DNA of 63,913 nt, the filler included, from an uncultured bacterium (GTDB taxonomy: Bacteria; Latescibacterota; UBA2968), in assembly GCA_964471275.1 (NCBI GenBank). It is 6 parts of 6 records of this genome, joined end to end, with 100 filler letters (N's around TTAATTAATTAA, not from the genome) between each part and the next. Parts side by side here need not be neighbours in the genome. Positions count along the whole stretch, not along the records: positions 1 to 11,793 come from CAYYGZ010000155.1; positions 11,894 to 22,959 come from CAYYGZ010000160.1; 4 more parts are not named here. One strand, given 5' to 3'. The notes below the pieces were generated by a model that worked only from the letters and a program-made list of their open reading frames with translations, did no database searches and was not told the DNA's origin. Of the stretch, positions 9,637 through 19,411 are shown in pieces; within the stretch, counting starts at the first letter, position 1, and each line of letters opens with the position of its first letter. The position numbers were made by a program, and so were the translations under genes.

Positions 9637-10602
9637 TCAAAACGATATCGGTCGAGTCGTTCGTTGGTAGAACTGACCCGTGGGAGGTAGCCACCTCGTC
9701 AACGATACGATCAATGATGTTGGCTGCAAGGCTTCGGATCTTGCGACGGCCAGTAAAAGTTCTGTCAGCTGCGCTTCGTGATTGTTGTCGACCAGGTCCA
9801 GCTGTCGATTGCCGTCCTGGATCCGGTTGTAGCGGATGACAGCGCCTGAGGATCGGTCCTTCAGGTTGTTCCCGCGGCATCCCTCCCTCAACGGTCCATA
9901 GTCATTGTATTGGAACGTGATGCCTCTGGCTTCGGTGTAGCTGTTGTGCTCGTAGATCCGGTTTTCCATACCGTTGCCGCGAATGGAACAGCGTTCGATG
10001 AGCACGTCGCTCAATTGGCTAGCGCAGAAGAAGCCATTCCCGCAATCCTTGAGGATGCAGTTCCGCATCGTGATATGCTCGCCCTTCTCGAGGAAGATGG
10101 TGGCGGCGCCCTTATCATGCCATCCTTCCCCGTCTCGGCCTTCGAAGGTATACGGTGGTCGCCCGGACCGAATGTGCAGGTTCTCGATTGTGATGTGTGC
10201 GGGCAGGACGTCGGCGGGTACGCTCGCTCCCCCGATTTTGACGCCGCCGCGGGGCTCGTGCCAATAGCCTAGGACAGATCGCGTAACCGCGTTGTGTCCA
10301 TCGATCACGGGAAGCTGGCTATCAGATCCCGGGACGCCGCTGATCGTGGCCGGCTTCTCGGGGGTTCCTCTTACGCAGACAACCCACTTCTCGTGGTAGG
10401 CTTCTGGACGCCAGTAGATGCAGACGGAGTCACCGGTAGCAAGCGATTCCCTGGGGATGTCGCCTATGTTCGTGAATTCAACGTCAGGTCCGACCCCGTA
10501 GGTGCGGGCAGCACACGGAAGGGTCAGGCCGCACCAGACGGCACAGACGCCGAGCAAGGCAAGGGCGCATTCTCGCAGGAATGTGTTCGGATGGCAATCC
10601 AT
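9637..10602 (-). pseudogene. Secreted right-handed beta-helix (polysaccharide-degrading-like) protein, apparently C-terminally truncated
   Basis: Signal peptide; beta-helix repeats (HITIENL, ITMRNC, DVLIERC), HNSYTE, GNNLKDRS, IRYN..NRQLDLVD; sequence becomes non-protein-like after about 9780. Confidence 0.55.
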
Positions 10603-10614
10603 GTATCGTGGTCG

Positions 10615-11793
10615 TCAGGAAACGGTGAGTGAGACGGTGCGATTGGTTGGTGTGAAAGCAACAAGCGTCGCGTCTCCCTCGTGATAGTAGGAGTTGTTCT
10701 CGAAGGTTGCACGGCCGTTCGCAAGTGTGAGCGGAACCCCGTCGACAGACACTGACCTGACCTCGGTTCCGGTGAGTCGCAGCGTGAACTCCGGAACCTG
10801 AATGGGAAGGTCGATCGAGAAGGTCGATCCGTTGGCTGTTACGTCGGCCATTTCGCGTGCAATTGCGTAGGTGGTTACCTCACTCGGTTTTCGCCAGCGC
10901 GTCCTCTCACCGTTCGGATCGCGCGCTTCCAGGCGCCGGACGATGGTCTTGAACGCGTTGAATCCACGTCGGTCCTCGTTGTGCAGTCCGTAAAAGCCCT
11001 GCCAGTGGCTGATGAGCACACACGGGTCCCCCGCGTCGATGACGGCCGGCAATCTTCCGCCCTGCAGGTCTTCCGTTATGTATTTTGACACATTTACCTC
11101 ACCGAATCCGGTCCACGATCCAGTGTAGTCGCCGACGCACGCGATGATCTCCCCCATGGCCGTCTCTGCTTCCCGATCGGGATACCAGACGGGTGTTTCA
11201 ACCGCGCCGTCGGCGCTGACGCGTTTGAACAGGTAAGGGGTGGGGTTTCCGGTGACGGAACGAACGGCTTGCTCCGCGCACTTTGCGTAGAAGTCGAGCG
11301 GGTTGCCAAAGCCACCGGGTGATGTAACCCCGTCTGGTGTCAGTCCGACATTGTCGAGGATCCGGCAGGCCGTCGCGATGTAGCGTGTAACGAGTTCTTC
11401 CTGGTCGACGGGCAGTTGGTTCCAGCCCCACTGTTCCCAGAGGTTCGGGTCGACCGGCTTCAGCGTGTCCAGATCCACGACATACGTATGCGTCATCATT
11501 TCAGGTGTTATGTCGTAGTTTGGCACGATCAATTCCCGACACATCTGCAGCCAGGATTCCTGTTGCTGCTTGCTGAACAGGTCGAGTCCTTCATCGATCC
11601 GTCCAAGAGCGGCAGGAAACGGCACGACACTGTATTTGCCCTTTACACCGTGCTCGAGGCAGTACTCGGCAAACTCGCGTGTAAACGATTCTGGGTGGAC
11701 AACCGGGAGATCCTGCCATCGCTGATTGCTCTCCACGACGTTGGTCTCGCCGTATTCGCGATCCCGGGCGATTCGATCCTGCAGGAAGAAGTA
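10615..11793 (-). CDS. Polysaccharide deacetylase-like / TIM-barrel hypothetical protein, 5' partial
   Basis: Frame open to the contig edge; GVKGKYSVVP, ITPEMMTH, GVTSPGGFG and ISHW motifs. Confidence 0.6.
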   Translation of the reverse strand, partial: YFFLQDRIARDREYGETNVVESNQRWQDLPVVHPESFTREFAEYCLEHGVKGKYSVVPFPAALGRIDEGLDLFSKQQQESWLQMCRELIVPNYDITPEMMTHTYVVDLDTLKPVDPNLWEQWGWNQLPVDQEELVTRYIATACRILDNVGLTPDGVTSPGGFGNPLDFYAKCAEQAVRSVTGNPTPYLFKRVSADGAVETPVWYPDREAETAMGEIIACVGDYTGSWTGFGEVNVSKYITEDLQGGRLPAVIDAGDPCVLISHWQGFYGLHNEDRRGFNAFKTIVRRLEARDPNGERTRWRKPSEVTTYAIAREMADVTANGSTFSIDLPIQVPEFTLRLTGTEVRSVSVDGVPLTLANGRATFENNSYYHEGDATLVAFTPTNRTVSLTVS

Positions 11794-11893
11794 NNNNNNN
11801 NNNNNNNNNNNNNNNNNNNNNNNNNNNNNNNNNNNNNTTAATTAATTAANNNNNNNNNNNNNNNNNNNNNNNNNNNNNNNNNNNNNNNNNNNN
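11794..11893. other. Artificial contig linker
   Basis: N44-TTAATTAATTAA-N44, stops in all six frames. Confidence 0.99.
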
Positions 11894-12058
11894 TGGCGTG
11901 CACACCGGGCTGCCGCAGTACGCATTCGCAAACACCGTTCCTCTCGCAGCAAGGCGATCCAGGTTCGGCGTCTTGACAAGCGGATGTCCGGCGTAACCGG
12001 TGTATCGCCAGCTATGCTGGTCCGAACAGACCAGTACGATGTTGGGACGTGACTTCAT
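11894..12058 (-). CDS. Sulfatase (choline-sulfatase-like), N-terminal fragment cut by the contig end
   Basis: PNIVLVCSDQH, TPNLDRLA, FANAYCGSPVCTP (start of the CxPxR formylglycine motif). Confidence 0.9.
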
Positions 12059-12074
12059 ACCATTTCGCCCTGAG

Positions 12075-12123
12075 CGGAGGGGCAGAGCCCCCCCTGCGCC
12101 CCTGCCCCCCTTGCTCCTCTGCC
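12075..12123. repeat. C-rich octamer tandem repeat (CCCCTGCn)
   Basis: CCCCTGCG CCCCTGCC CCCCTTGCT CCTCTGCC, bracketed by the GGCAGAG/CTCTGCC inverted repeat. Confidence 0.6.
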
Positions 12124-12137
12124 AGAAGGGCGTTGCA

Positions 12138-13514
12138 CTACGCGTTCCACATCCTCGGCATACGGAAAGCCTTCCCCTTCTTGAAGAAGCTCTCCATCTC
12201 GTGAGCCTTGATCATCTCGTCACACATCTTCCGGATATCATCGAGCGACAGTTCGGCCGACGTGTGCGGATCGAGCATTGCCGCTTGATACACCGAGTCC
12301 TTGCTGCGGTTGAACACGGCTTCGAGCGTACAGAGCTGCGTGTTGATCTTCGTACGGTTGAGTGCGGCAAGCTGCTCTGGCAAGTCCCCGACGTACGTTC
12401 CCTGGACACCGTTCCGATCGACCATACAGGCGATCTCGACGACGGCATTGCTTGGCAGGTTCGTGATGTAGTTCCCATCGTTCAGGATATTGCCTCCGAT
12501 TCGGAAGGGAACATCGGTCTCCATCGCCTCCATGATGTAAGAGCCGTACTCGTGCGTCCGCTCGTGCGTGAGCTTCTTGTTGCTGACCAGCTCGTGGCTG
12601 CGTTCACGCCAGCCCTCGATCTGGCGGACACAGCGTCGCGGGTACTCATCAAGCGGAATGTTGAACTCTTCGATCAACTCCGGATACTTGCTCTTTATCC
12701 AGTAAGGCGTGTACTCGGCGCTGTGTTCCGATGACTCCGTCACATAGTAACCGAAGTGGCGCATCATTTCGAAACGCACCATATCCGTGTGCTTCTCGGC
12801 TCCCTTTTTTCGCGCCTCCCGATTCATCTTAGCCGCTCGTCTCTTGATCTCCGGATACAGATCCTTCCCGCCATCCGTGACCTCCAGGAGCCAGGCTTGG
12901 TGGTTGATCCCGGCGATCTCCCACTGCAGATCCTTCACATCGTCGAGCATCCCAACGCGACGGAGCAAACCGCTCGCACAGGACTGCACAGAGTGACACA
13001 ACCCGACTGCCCGGATATCCGTCCCGCGTAGCACCGCCCCCGTGGCTGCGCACATCGGATTCGTGTAGTTCAGGAACCACGCATCCGGACAGACCTTCTC
13101 CATATCCTCGGCAAAGGCCATCATCACCGGCGCCGTTCTCAGCACACGGAACACACCACCAATCCCGATTGTATCTGCAATCGTCTGACGCAGCCCATAC
13201 TTCTTCGGAATCTCGAAATCGATCACCGTCGACGGCTCATACCCCCCGACCTGGATCGCGTTTACCACGTAATTCGCGTCCTTCAGTGCCGCCTTCCGGT
13301 TCGCCTTCCCCAGATACGACGTGATCTTCGCGTGCCCCTTGTTGATGTTCCTGTTGATGAACTGCAGCATCCGTTTCGATTCGCGAAGCCTCTTCGGGTC
13401 GATGTCATACAGCGCTATTTGCGCGTCGTGCAGCGCTGGACTGAGCATACTGTCACCCAGAATACTCTTCGCAAAAACGCTGCTCCCCGCACCCATGAAT
13501 GTGATCTTCGGCAT
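12138..13514 (-). CDS. melA: NAD+-dependent alpha-galactosidase, glycoside hydrolase family 4
   Basis: KITFMGAGSSVF, IQVGG, QTIADTIGIGG, LNYTNP, GLCHSV, AGINH and TESSEH motifs. Confidence 0.92.
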   Translation of the reverse strand: MPKITFMGAGSSVFAKSILGDSMLSPALHDAQIALYDIDPKRLRESKRMLQFINRNINKGHAKITSYLGKANRKAALKDANYVVNAIQVGGYEPSTVIDFEIPKKYGLRQTIADTIGIGGVFRVLRTAPVMMAFAEDMEKVCPDAWFLNYTNPMCAATGAVLRGTDIRAVGLCHSVQSCASGLLRRVGMLDDVKDLQWEIAGINHQAWLLEVTDGGKDLYPEIKRRAAKMNREARKKGAEKHTDMVRFEMMRHFGYYVTESSEHSAEYTPYWIKSKYPELIEEFNIPLDEYPRRCVRQIEGWRERSHELVSNKKLTHERTHEYGSYIMEAMETDVPFRIGGNILNDGNYITNLPSNAVVEIACMVDRNGVQGTYVGDLPEQLAALNRTKINTQLCTLEAVFNRSKDSVYQAAMLDPHTSAELSLDDIRKMCDEMIKAHEMESFFKKGKAFRMPRMWNA

Positions 13515-13555
13515 TCCCCCTATCCCTTTCTAATCAGAATTGCAGGACCAGTGAA

Positions 13556-13679
13556 ACCACGGAGGACACTGAGGACGCGGAGGGTTCTACCAAGGACATC
13601 TTCTCGAAGACCCGAACGCCAGGGCCCTCGAGGATTCTCTCACGTGGTTCTCCTCTATGTCTTCTGCGTTCTCTGCGGT
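13556..13679. repeat. Inverted pair of 9-mer-periodic repeats (REP-like)
   Basis: ACCACGGAGGACACTGAGGACGCGGAG (13556-13582) versus CTCTATGTCTTCTGCGTTCTCTGCGGT (13653-13679), imperfectly complementary. Confidence 0.6.
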
Positions 13680-13692
13680 TATGCTCCTGACT

Positions 13693-14391
13693 CTACGCGA
13701 TCTCCGCTGCAAGCTCAGTGAAATTCAGTACGGTTACATCTGCCCGGTAGGGCGTGTCTTCATAGGGAAGGTCGTAGCGGTTCACCCAGGCGCCCCGCAT
13801 GCCGCAGGCTCGCGCGCCAACGACGTCAAAGGAGTTCGCCGACACCATCATGCAGTCCCCGACCTCCAAGCCGATCATCGTTGCCGCGCGTCTGTAGACA
13901 CCGGGGTGCGGTTTGAAGGCGCCGCCTGCCTGTTCGACAGAAATGACACGATCGAAGTCATACTGGATTCTGCTCTTGGCAAGATGACCCAGGAACCAGG
14001 GATCCCCGTTGGACAGCGCGACGAGTTTGTAATGCGCGTGAAGCTTCGGCAGTGCGTTGACGACCTCCGAGAACGGTGAAAGCTGTTGCCAACATTCCAG
14101 GAACGACTTCACTTCGTCAGGTGCGAGGTCGATATGGTTCAGTTTTAGCGTGTAGACAAACGCACGACGGACGGTCTCCAGGTAGCCGCCGTGACCGAGC
14201 GCCATGATCGTGTCCTGATACTGCTCCAAACGTTGACGATAGCGCCACTGCTGCCAGAAATCCTCGGCTGTGGTCTGACAATCCCTCTCCTTCAGAAGCT
14301 CTCTGATATAGGGCGTCAGGCTGCCTCCCAGGTCCAAAACGGTACCAAAGAGGTCGAACGTCAGGGCTTTAACCCCGGGATAAGCGGGCAC
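13693..14391 (-). CDS. Haloacid dehalogenase type II (HAD superfamily)
   Basis: ALTFDLFGTVLD, ALSNG, FKPHPGVY and VSANSFDVVGA motifs; GTG start after AGGAG. Confidence 0.88.
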   Translation of the reverse strand: MPAYPGVKALTFDLFGTVLDLGGSLTPYIRELLKERDCQTTAEDFWQQWRYRQRLEQYQDTIMALGHGGYLETVRRAFVYTLKLNHIDLAPDEVKSFLECWQQLSPFSEVVNALPKLHAHYKLVALSNGDPWFLGHLAKSRIQYDFDRVISVEQAGGAFKPHPGVYRRAATMIGLEVGDCMMVSANSFDVVGARACGMRGAWVNRYDLPYEDTPYRADVTVLNFTELAAEIA

Positions 14392-14447
14392 GCGTGGATC
14401 TCCTGTCCAGAAAGGTCTTCAGATGCGGAGGGCAAACACAGCAAACA

Positions 14448-14488
14448 AGAAACCAGGCGATTTCCTTTTATTACAGGACCTGGTTTCT
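14448..14488. repeat. Intergenic inverted repeat
   Basis: AGAAACCAGG-N21-CCTGGTTTCT between divergent genes. Confidence 0.5.
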
Positions 14489-14651
14489 GAGCTAAAACAG
14501 TCACGCATCCTATACTAATGCGAGACGGTGCAGACTGAAAGCGAAACGATTCGGGCTCGACTCTCGTCTGCAGCCAGACCGCAGTTTGCTATATTAGCTT
14601 GAGCTTGACACACACGACGCTTGGCGTGCGACGCCAGAATAGCGAGACAAG

Positions 14652-15507
14652 ATGACCGACTGGTCTTANNNNNNNNNNTGATGAGATAGAGGAAATGCGG
14701 ACCGACACCGTCGCGATATGCCGCGAAGAGTGGGGTTCGGTAGGCAATCTTCCGGATTTCGACGGTGCCGAATCGGAGGACGAAATCCTGAACCAGATCC
14801 TCTGCATTCACCAGATCCACAAGATCTCGCCGATCATGCACCGATACCTTGCGCAACGCACACTGGCGGACGCCCTCACCAAAGTCATAGGACCCAACGT
14901 CAAGTGCATGCAATCGATGCTCTTCATCAAAGCAGCCGGGAAACCAGGCCAGGCGTGGCATCAGGATGAGTTCTACATACCGACCCGGGACAGATCGCTG
15001 ACCGGTGGCTGGATTGCCCTGGACGATGCTACGGTAGAGAATGGCTGCCTGTGGGTCATCCCGGGGTCCCACGCGTCCGGTGTGTTGTGGCCGCAACGTG
15101 CGCACGATGATCGGCGTTTCGATTGCGCGGGCGAGACCTACCAGTTCCCTTATACCGATGATGACGCCATTCCGGTAGAAGTAAGTGCGGGCACGGTTGT
15201 TGTCTTCAACGGCTACCTCCTCCATCGCTCGCTCCCCAACCGGACGGCGTCCGGCTACCGGCGCGCGCTCGTGAATCACTACATGAGCGCAGAGTCACTC
15301 CTCCCGTGGCGGGCAGAGAATGGCATCGGCCCCGCGCGTGCAGATCACAGGGACATCGTGATGATCGCTGGGACGGATCCATACGCTTACAAAGGCATCA
15401 GCGACGGATCTCGACCCCACGTGCGGTCTACAGGCGAAGGAGGGTGTCAGGATCGTAGATCGACATCGTTGCGGGAGGAACTCGAGCAGGAGGGCAAATC
15501 AGCCTGA
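14652..15507 (+). CDS. Phytanoyl-CoA dioxygenase (PhyH) family Fe(II)/2-oxoglutarate dioxygenase, interrupted by a scaffold gap
   Basis: WHQD, ENGCLWVIPGSH and LLHRSLPN..RRAL motifs; probable ATG 14652 before the 10-N gap at 14669-14678. Confidence 0.88.
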
Positions 15508-15640
15508 TCGCTACACAGCCCCCATGCCATATACCAAAAGCCATTGCAGATCTCCTTGCGATGATTTTTCTTGTTCCGAAATCAGACCTACCGGAGGCGA
15601 ACATAACCTCACTCAGTGTGAATGGTGACGAAAACCGTAA

Positions 15641-16891
15641 ATGGAAATTACAACCGAACAACAGGAAGTACTCGACGGGGCCAGGGGCGAGTATCTGGCG
15701 AAGTGCATGGGCTGGCTCGTCCAGTGGGGTGATGTTATGGGCGCGAGGCGCCTGATCAAGTGTGACAACACCCACGCATTGCTCCCTGTACCGAACCTGA
15801 TGGCGAGGAACGCGTCTCCCGAGACGATGCGCAAGTATATGGACGAGCTTCGCAAAGCCTGCTCGCACCGCACAGCCGAGGGATGCTATTGCACGGTGCA
15901 TACCAGTTTCGTGACACTCGATGATGTCGGCGTCCCGGAAAACGACCCGGAACAGGTCGCGATGCAGAAGGAGCTTTCCGACCTGGCTGCGAATGCCGGG
16001 TTCATACCCACGTTTACATGTGCACCCTATCTGGTCGGCAACGTGCCGATACGTGGTGAAATCTGCGCCTGGACGGAATCATCCGCCGTCGTCTATGCGA
16101 ACACCATACTGGGGGCCCGCACGACGCGTCACGGTACCGAGAGCGCGATCGCTGCCTCGCTTCTGGGTCTGGTCCCCGAGTTCGGCGTAATCCTGAACGA
16201 GAATCGCAAGGGTACCCTCCGCGTCGAGGTGACCGCCGATCTGACACACCCAACGGACTGGGGAGCACTCGGATATTTCGCCGGCAAGATCGCAGGACTG
16301 GGCGTTCCCGTCTTCAACGGTTGCGGCAGGCCCAGCCAGGACGAAGCCAAACAGCTGTGTGCGGCCCTGGCCACCTCGGGAGGCGTTACGCTGGCACACA
16401 TCGTGGGTGCAACACCTGAAGCCAGGACCCTCGACGACGCATTCCACGACGACGTCCCGGAAGATTACGTCGTATTCGACAAGGAGCTGCTCCAGGCGCA
16501 GTACGACACACTACGCCAGGTGACTGGCGATGAGATCGACGCGTGTATCCTGGGTTGCCCGCACGCCTCGATCCGCGAGATCGCCGAGATCGCACATCTG
16601 TTGAAAGGCAAGAAGATCGCCAAATCTGTCAAGCTCTGGGTCGACACGGCGAGGGGCACAAAAGGCAATGCTGACGCCATGGGCTACACGCAGATCATAG
16701 AAGAAGCCGGTGGAGAAATCCTGTGTGACACCTGCCCGACGAATATTCGGATACCCTACAAACGGATCATCACGCACGGATTCAAGCAGGCCCATTATTC
16801 TCGGGGTATGTTGGAATGTGAGTCGATCATCGCGAAAACGGAGCTCTGCGTCAGATCAGCGATCGCCGGAAAGTGGGTGGGAGATGAGTGA
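15641..16891 (+). CDS. Aconitase X catalytic (large) subunit, DUF521
   Basis: TCAPYL, AWTESSAVVYANTILGART, AALATSGG..AHIVGATPEA, GCPH and DTC motifs. Confidence 0.9.
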   Translation: MEITTEQQEVLDGARGEYLAKCMGWLVQWGDVMGARRLIKCDNTHALLPVPNLMARNASPETMRKYMDELRKACSHRTAEGCYCTVHTSFVTLDDVGVPENDPEQVAMQKELSDLAANAGFIPTFTCAPYLVGNVPIRGEICAWTESSAVVYANTILGARTTRHGTESAIAASLLGLVPEFGVILNENRKGTLRVEVTADLTHPTDWGALGYFAGKIAGLGVPVFNGCGRPSQDEAKQLCAALATSGGVTLAHIVGATPEARTLDDAFHDDVPEDYVVFDKELLQAQYDTLRQVTGDEIDACILGCPHASIREIAEIAHLLKGKKIAKSVKLWVDTARGTKGNADAMGYTQIIEEAGGEILCDTCPTNIRIPYKRIITHGFKQAHYSRGMLECESIIAKTELCVRSAIAGKWVGDE

Positions 16892-17300
16892 GACGATCGA
16901 AATCCGCGGCAAGGGAGTCGTGAAGGGCAAAGCAGAAGGCGAAGCACTGGTCGCGGATGCGACACTCTCATTCTGGGGAGAAGTCGACGCCGTCACCGGC
17001 AGGATCATCGCCGTTGGCCATCCGCTGGAGGGCGAGAGCTTGAAGGATCGTGTGCTCGTCATTCGCTCGACGAAAGGTTCATCCGGTACACCGATGATCC
17101 TGAATCTGGCCCAGTTGGAAGGAAACGCCCCGGTTGCCTTCGTGAATGTGGAGGTCGATGGTCTCGCCGCGCTGGGCTGCATCGTAAACGAGATTCCGAT
17201 GCTGTCAGAGCTGAAAGCAGACCCCTTTTCATCCGTAGAAACCGGAGACCACGTAGCCGTAGACGCATATGCAGGAATCATGCGAATCACAAAACGCTAA
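16884..17300 (+). CDS. Aconitase X swiveling (small) subunit, DUF126
   Basis: GKAEGEALV, SFWGEVD..TG, HPLEG and KGSS motifs; overlaps the end of the large subunit. Confidence 0.9.
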   Translation: MSETIEIRGKGVVKGKAEGEALVADATLSFWGEVDAVTGRIIAVGHPLEGESLKDRVLVIRSTKGSSGTPMILNLAQLEGNAPVAFVNVEVDGLAALGCIVNEIPMLSELKADPFSSVETGDHVAVDAYAGIMRITKR

Positions 17301-17436
17301 ACAGACGCTTTCTTAAGCGGCTGACACATACCAGGTCCCATCTAAATCCACCCGATTCCGACGCCCCTACGTGGAACCTGGAACGCCCCTGGTCTTTTGG
17401 AACGCTCTTTGATTCTGGAATCGAAAGGTTAGCTCG

Positions 17437-18492
17437 ATGAGCCTCACATCCAAAGCCGCAGTCATGGTCGGTGAGAAGTTTGAGATCCGCGAATATCCGG
17501 TGCTCGATCCTGACGCCGATGCGGTATTGATTCGAACCGAATTGGCTGGCATCTGCGGGACCGACCTCCACAATTGGGAGTATCAACGTCTCGAGGGTGA
17601 GATCCTGCTGGGTCACGAGAATGTCGGCATCATCGACAGGATCGGATCGAACGTGAAAGAGGATCTCTTCGGAAACCCTCTCGCAGAGGGCGATCGCGTG
17701 GTCTTCTTCCCCCGCACACCAGTTGGCATTTACGGATTCATGGATCCAGCTGATTCGCCCCATCTACGTGGCGGGTTCGCGGACTACATCAACCTGCAGC
17801 AGGCTAAGGCTTCGATCTTCAAGGTGAATATGTCTGCGGAAACGGCCGTATTGACGGAGCCGTTCAACATCGGTGTGCACGGCGTGATGCGATCGGGGAT
17901 ACAGTTCGGTGATACGGTCGCCATACAGGGCTCAGGCGCGATAGGGCTCGTGACACTGATGTGCGCGAAGGCAAGCGGAGCAGGCAGGCTCATCATCGTC
18001 GGTGGGCCCCCCGGGCGTCTCGAACTGGCGCGGAAGATTGGTGCCGATGTCGTTATCGACATTGCGGAGATGCCCGATGCCGAGGAACGGATTCAGATTG
18101 TAAGAGACGCAACCCCTCGCGGTGAGGGCGCGGACGTCGTTTTCGAATGCGCCGGTTTCCTCCCGGCCATTACCGAGGGACTCGAGTATGTGAAGCAGTC
18201 GGGGACATATGTTGAGATGGGGCACTTTGTGGACATCGGTTCGATGGAGTTCAACCCGAACACGCAGCTGATGCGGAAGAATATCCGGATGGAAGCGATC
18301 TGGGGTGGGCGGGCCGAATACTTCATGCGCGGTATTCCCGTGATGGAGAGAGGCGATTTCCCCATCGCAGAAATGGTCAGTCATGTCCTGCCGCTCGACA
18401 GAATCTCCGAGGGGTTCCACGCGTTGGCCGACAGCTACCATCTGGACGAAAAAGACGCGATCAAGATCGCATTGAAAGGTGGGGCGGTGTAA
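17437..18492 (+). CDS. Zinc-dependent alcohol/sugar dehydrogenase (MDR)
   Basis: GICGTDLH, GHE, GSGAIG and DVVFECAG motifs; the four-Cys structural-zinc lobe is absent. Confidence 0.9.
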   Translation: MSLTSKAAVMVGEKFEIREYPVLDPDADAVLIRTELAGICGTDLHNWEYQRLEGEILLGHENVGIIDRIGSNVKEDLFGNPLAEGDRVVFFPRTPVGIYGFMDPADSPHLRGGFADYINLQQAKASIFKVNMSAETAVLTEPFNIGVHGVMRSGIQFGDTVAIQGSGAIGLVTLMCAKASGAGRLIIVGGPPGRLELARKIGADVVIDIAEMPDAEERIQIVRDATPRGEGADVVFECAGFLPAITEGLEYVKQSGTYVEMGHFVDIGSMEFNPNTQLMRKNIRMEAIWGGRAEYFMRGIPVMERGDFPIAEMVSHVLPLDRISEGFHALADSYHLDEKDAIKIALKGGAV

Positions 18493-18587
18493 CCGAAGCA
18501 AAGAGACAGGAGATTTTGTCAGTCCTCCGATACCCAACTGGAAGCTTTCCCAGATTAAGCATCCCCTGCGTGCCACCAGGCAATTAC

Positions 18588-18624
18588 AAAACCGCCCTCA
18601 GCAAATCGCTGAAGGCGGTTTCTT
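18588..18624. terminator. Probable bidirectional intrinsic terminator
   Basis: AAACCGCCCTCAGC-AAATC-GCTGAAGGCGGTTT hairpin between convergent genes. Confidence 0.65.
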
Positions 18625-18647
18625 GACCTACCAAGGGACAACCCAGC

Positions 18648-19268
18648 TTATCGGACGTCGACCAGCTTGTCATTCTCAAAGACGAACTTCACACTGACAC
18701 CCAGTGTCTCCGGACCGTAACCCAATATCAAACGCTGTCCATACTGGACTACACCGGAGGGCTCACCGATTCCTCGAACCAGATTGTAAGCCGACATCCC
18801 CGGCACCAGGTACCCGCCGCCCCTCTTGCCATATCTCGCCACAGCTTTGCCCGTTTTGGCAGCCAGACCGACCAAGAGTGTCATATCCTCCTTTTGACCC
18901 GCATACAACTGCACGGACATCTCCGCTCCCTTCTTGTCAGTATACTTGATAAACACCCAGGTGTGCGCGTCTCCTATGGGTGCTGCAGCGGTCGAGATGC
19001 CTTTGAGTGATTCAGCAGTGACGGATGTTCCGGAACTCGCCTCGGCGTCGATGGCAATCACATTCTCATAGCCGATCACGTTGATAAAACCGAAATCCGG
19101 GTTCGTTCCGGCTACGATAATATCGGCTTCACGAAATGTCGTCTTTGTCGGGTATAGTTTACCCGATTTTACGTCGTAGATCTGTATGTCGCTCAGAGTC
19201 AGCGTCTCTGATCGTGCGTGCCCCGCGCCGATCAGAGCAACAACGAACAGCAGCAGTTTGGTTCTCAT
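18648..19268 (-). CDS. Secreted hypothetical protein
   Basis: Signal peptide MRTKLLLFVVALIGAGHARS; RBS AGGGG; natural composition. Confidence 0.75.
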   Translation of the reverse strand: MRTKLLLFVVALIGAGHARSETLTLSDIQIYDVKSGKLYPTKTTFREADIIVAGTNPDFGFINVIGYENVIAIDAEASSGTSVTAESLKGISTAAAPIGDAHTWVFIKYTDKKGAEMSVQLYAGQKEDMTLLVGLAAKTGKAVARYGKRGGGYLVPGMSAYNLVRGIGEPSGVVQYGQRLILGYGPETLGVSVKFVFENDKLVDVR

Positions 19269-19411
19269 TCTTTGGCCCCTTTATCATCCTTGCACGAGCA
19301 TTCGATTCCGCAAAAATAAGACTGGATCGCCTCTGGCGGCAATTTTTCCTTTATCCGATGTCTTGGTGCACGCAATCCAGAGGATTTCACTCCCATTATT
19401 GGAGGTATTCT

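Noticed and set aside
11838..11849. Repeated TTAATTAATTAA palindrome as a biological repeat or CRISPR-like element
   Set aside because: Always centred in N runs; it is a standard six-frame stop linker.
18489..18501. GTAACCGAAGCAA repeated at two stop codons (18489 and 41400)
   Set aside because: 13-mer matches are expected by chance in 64 kb, and the similarity does not extend.
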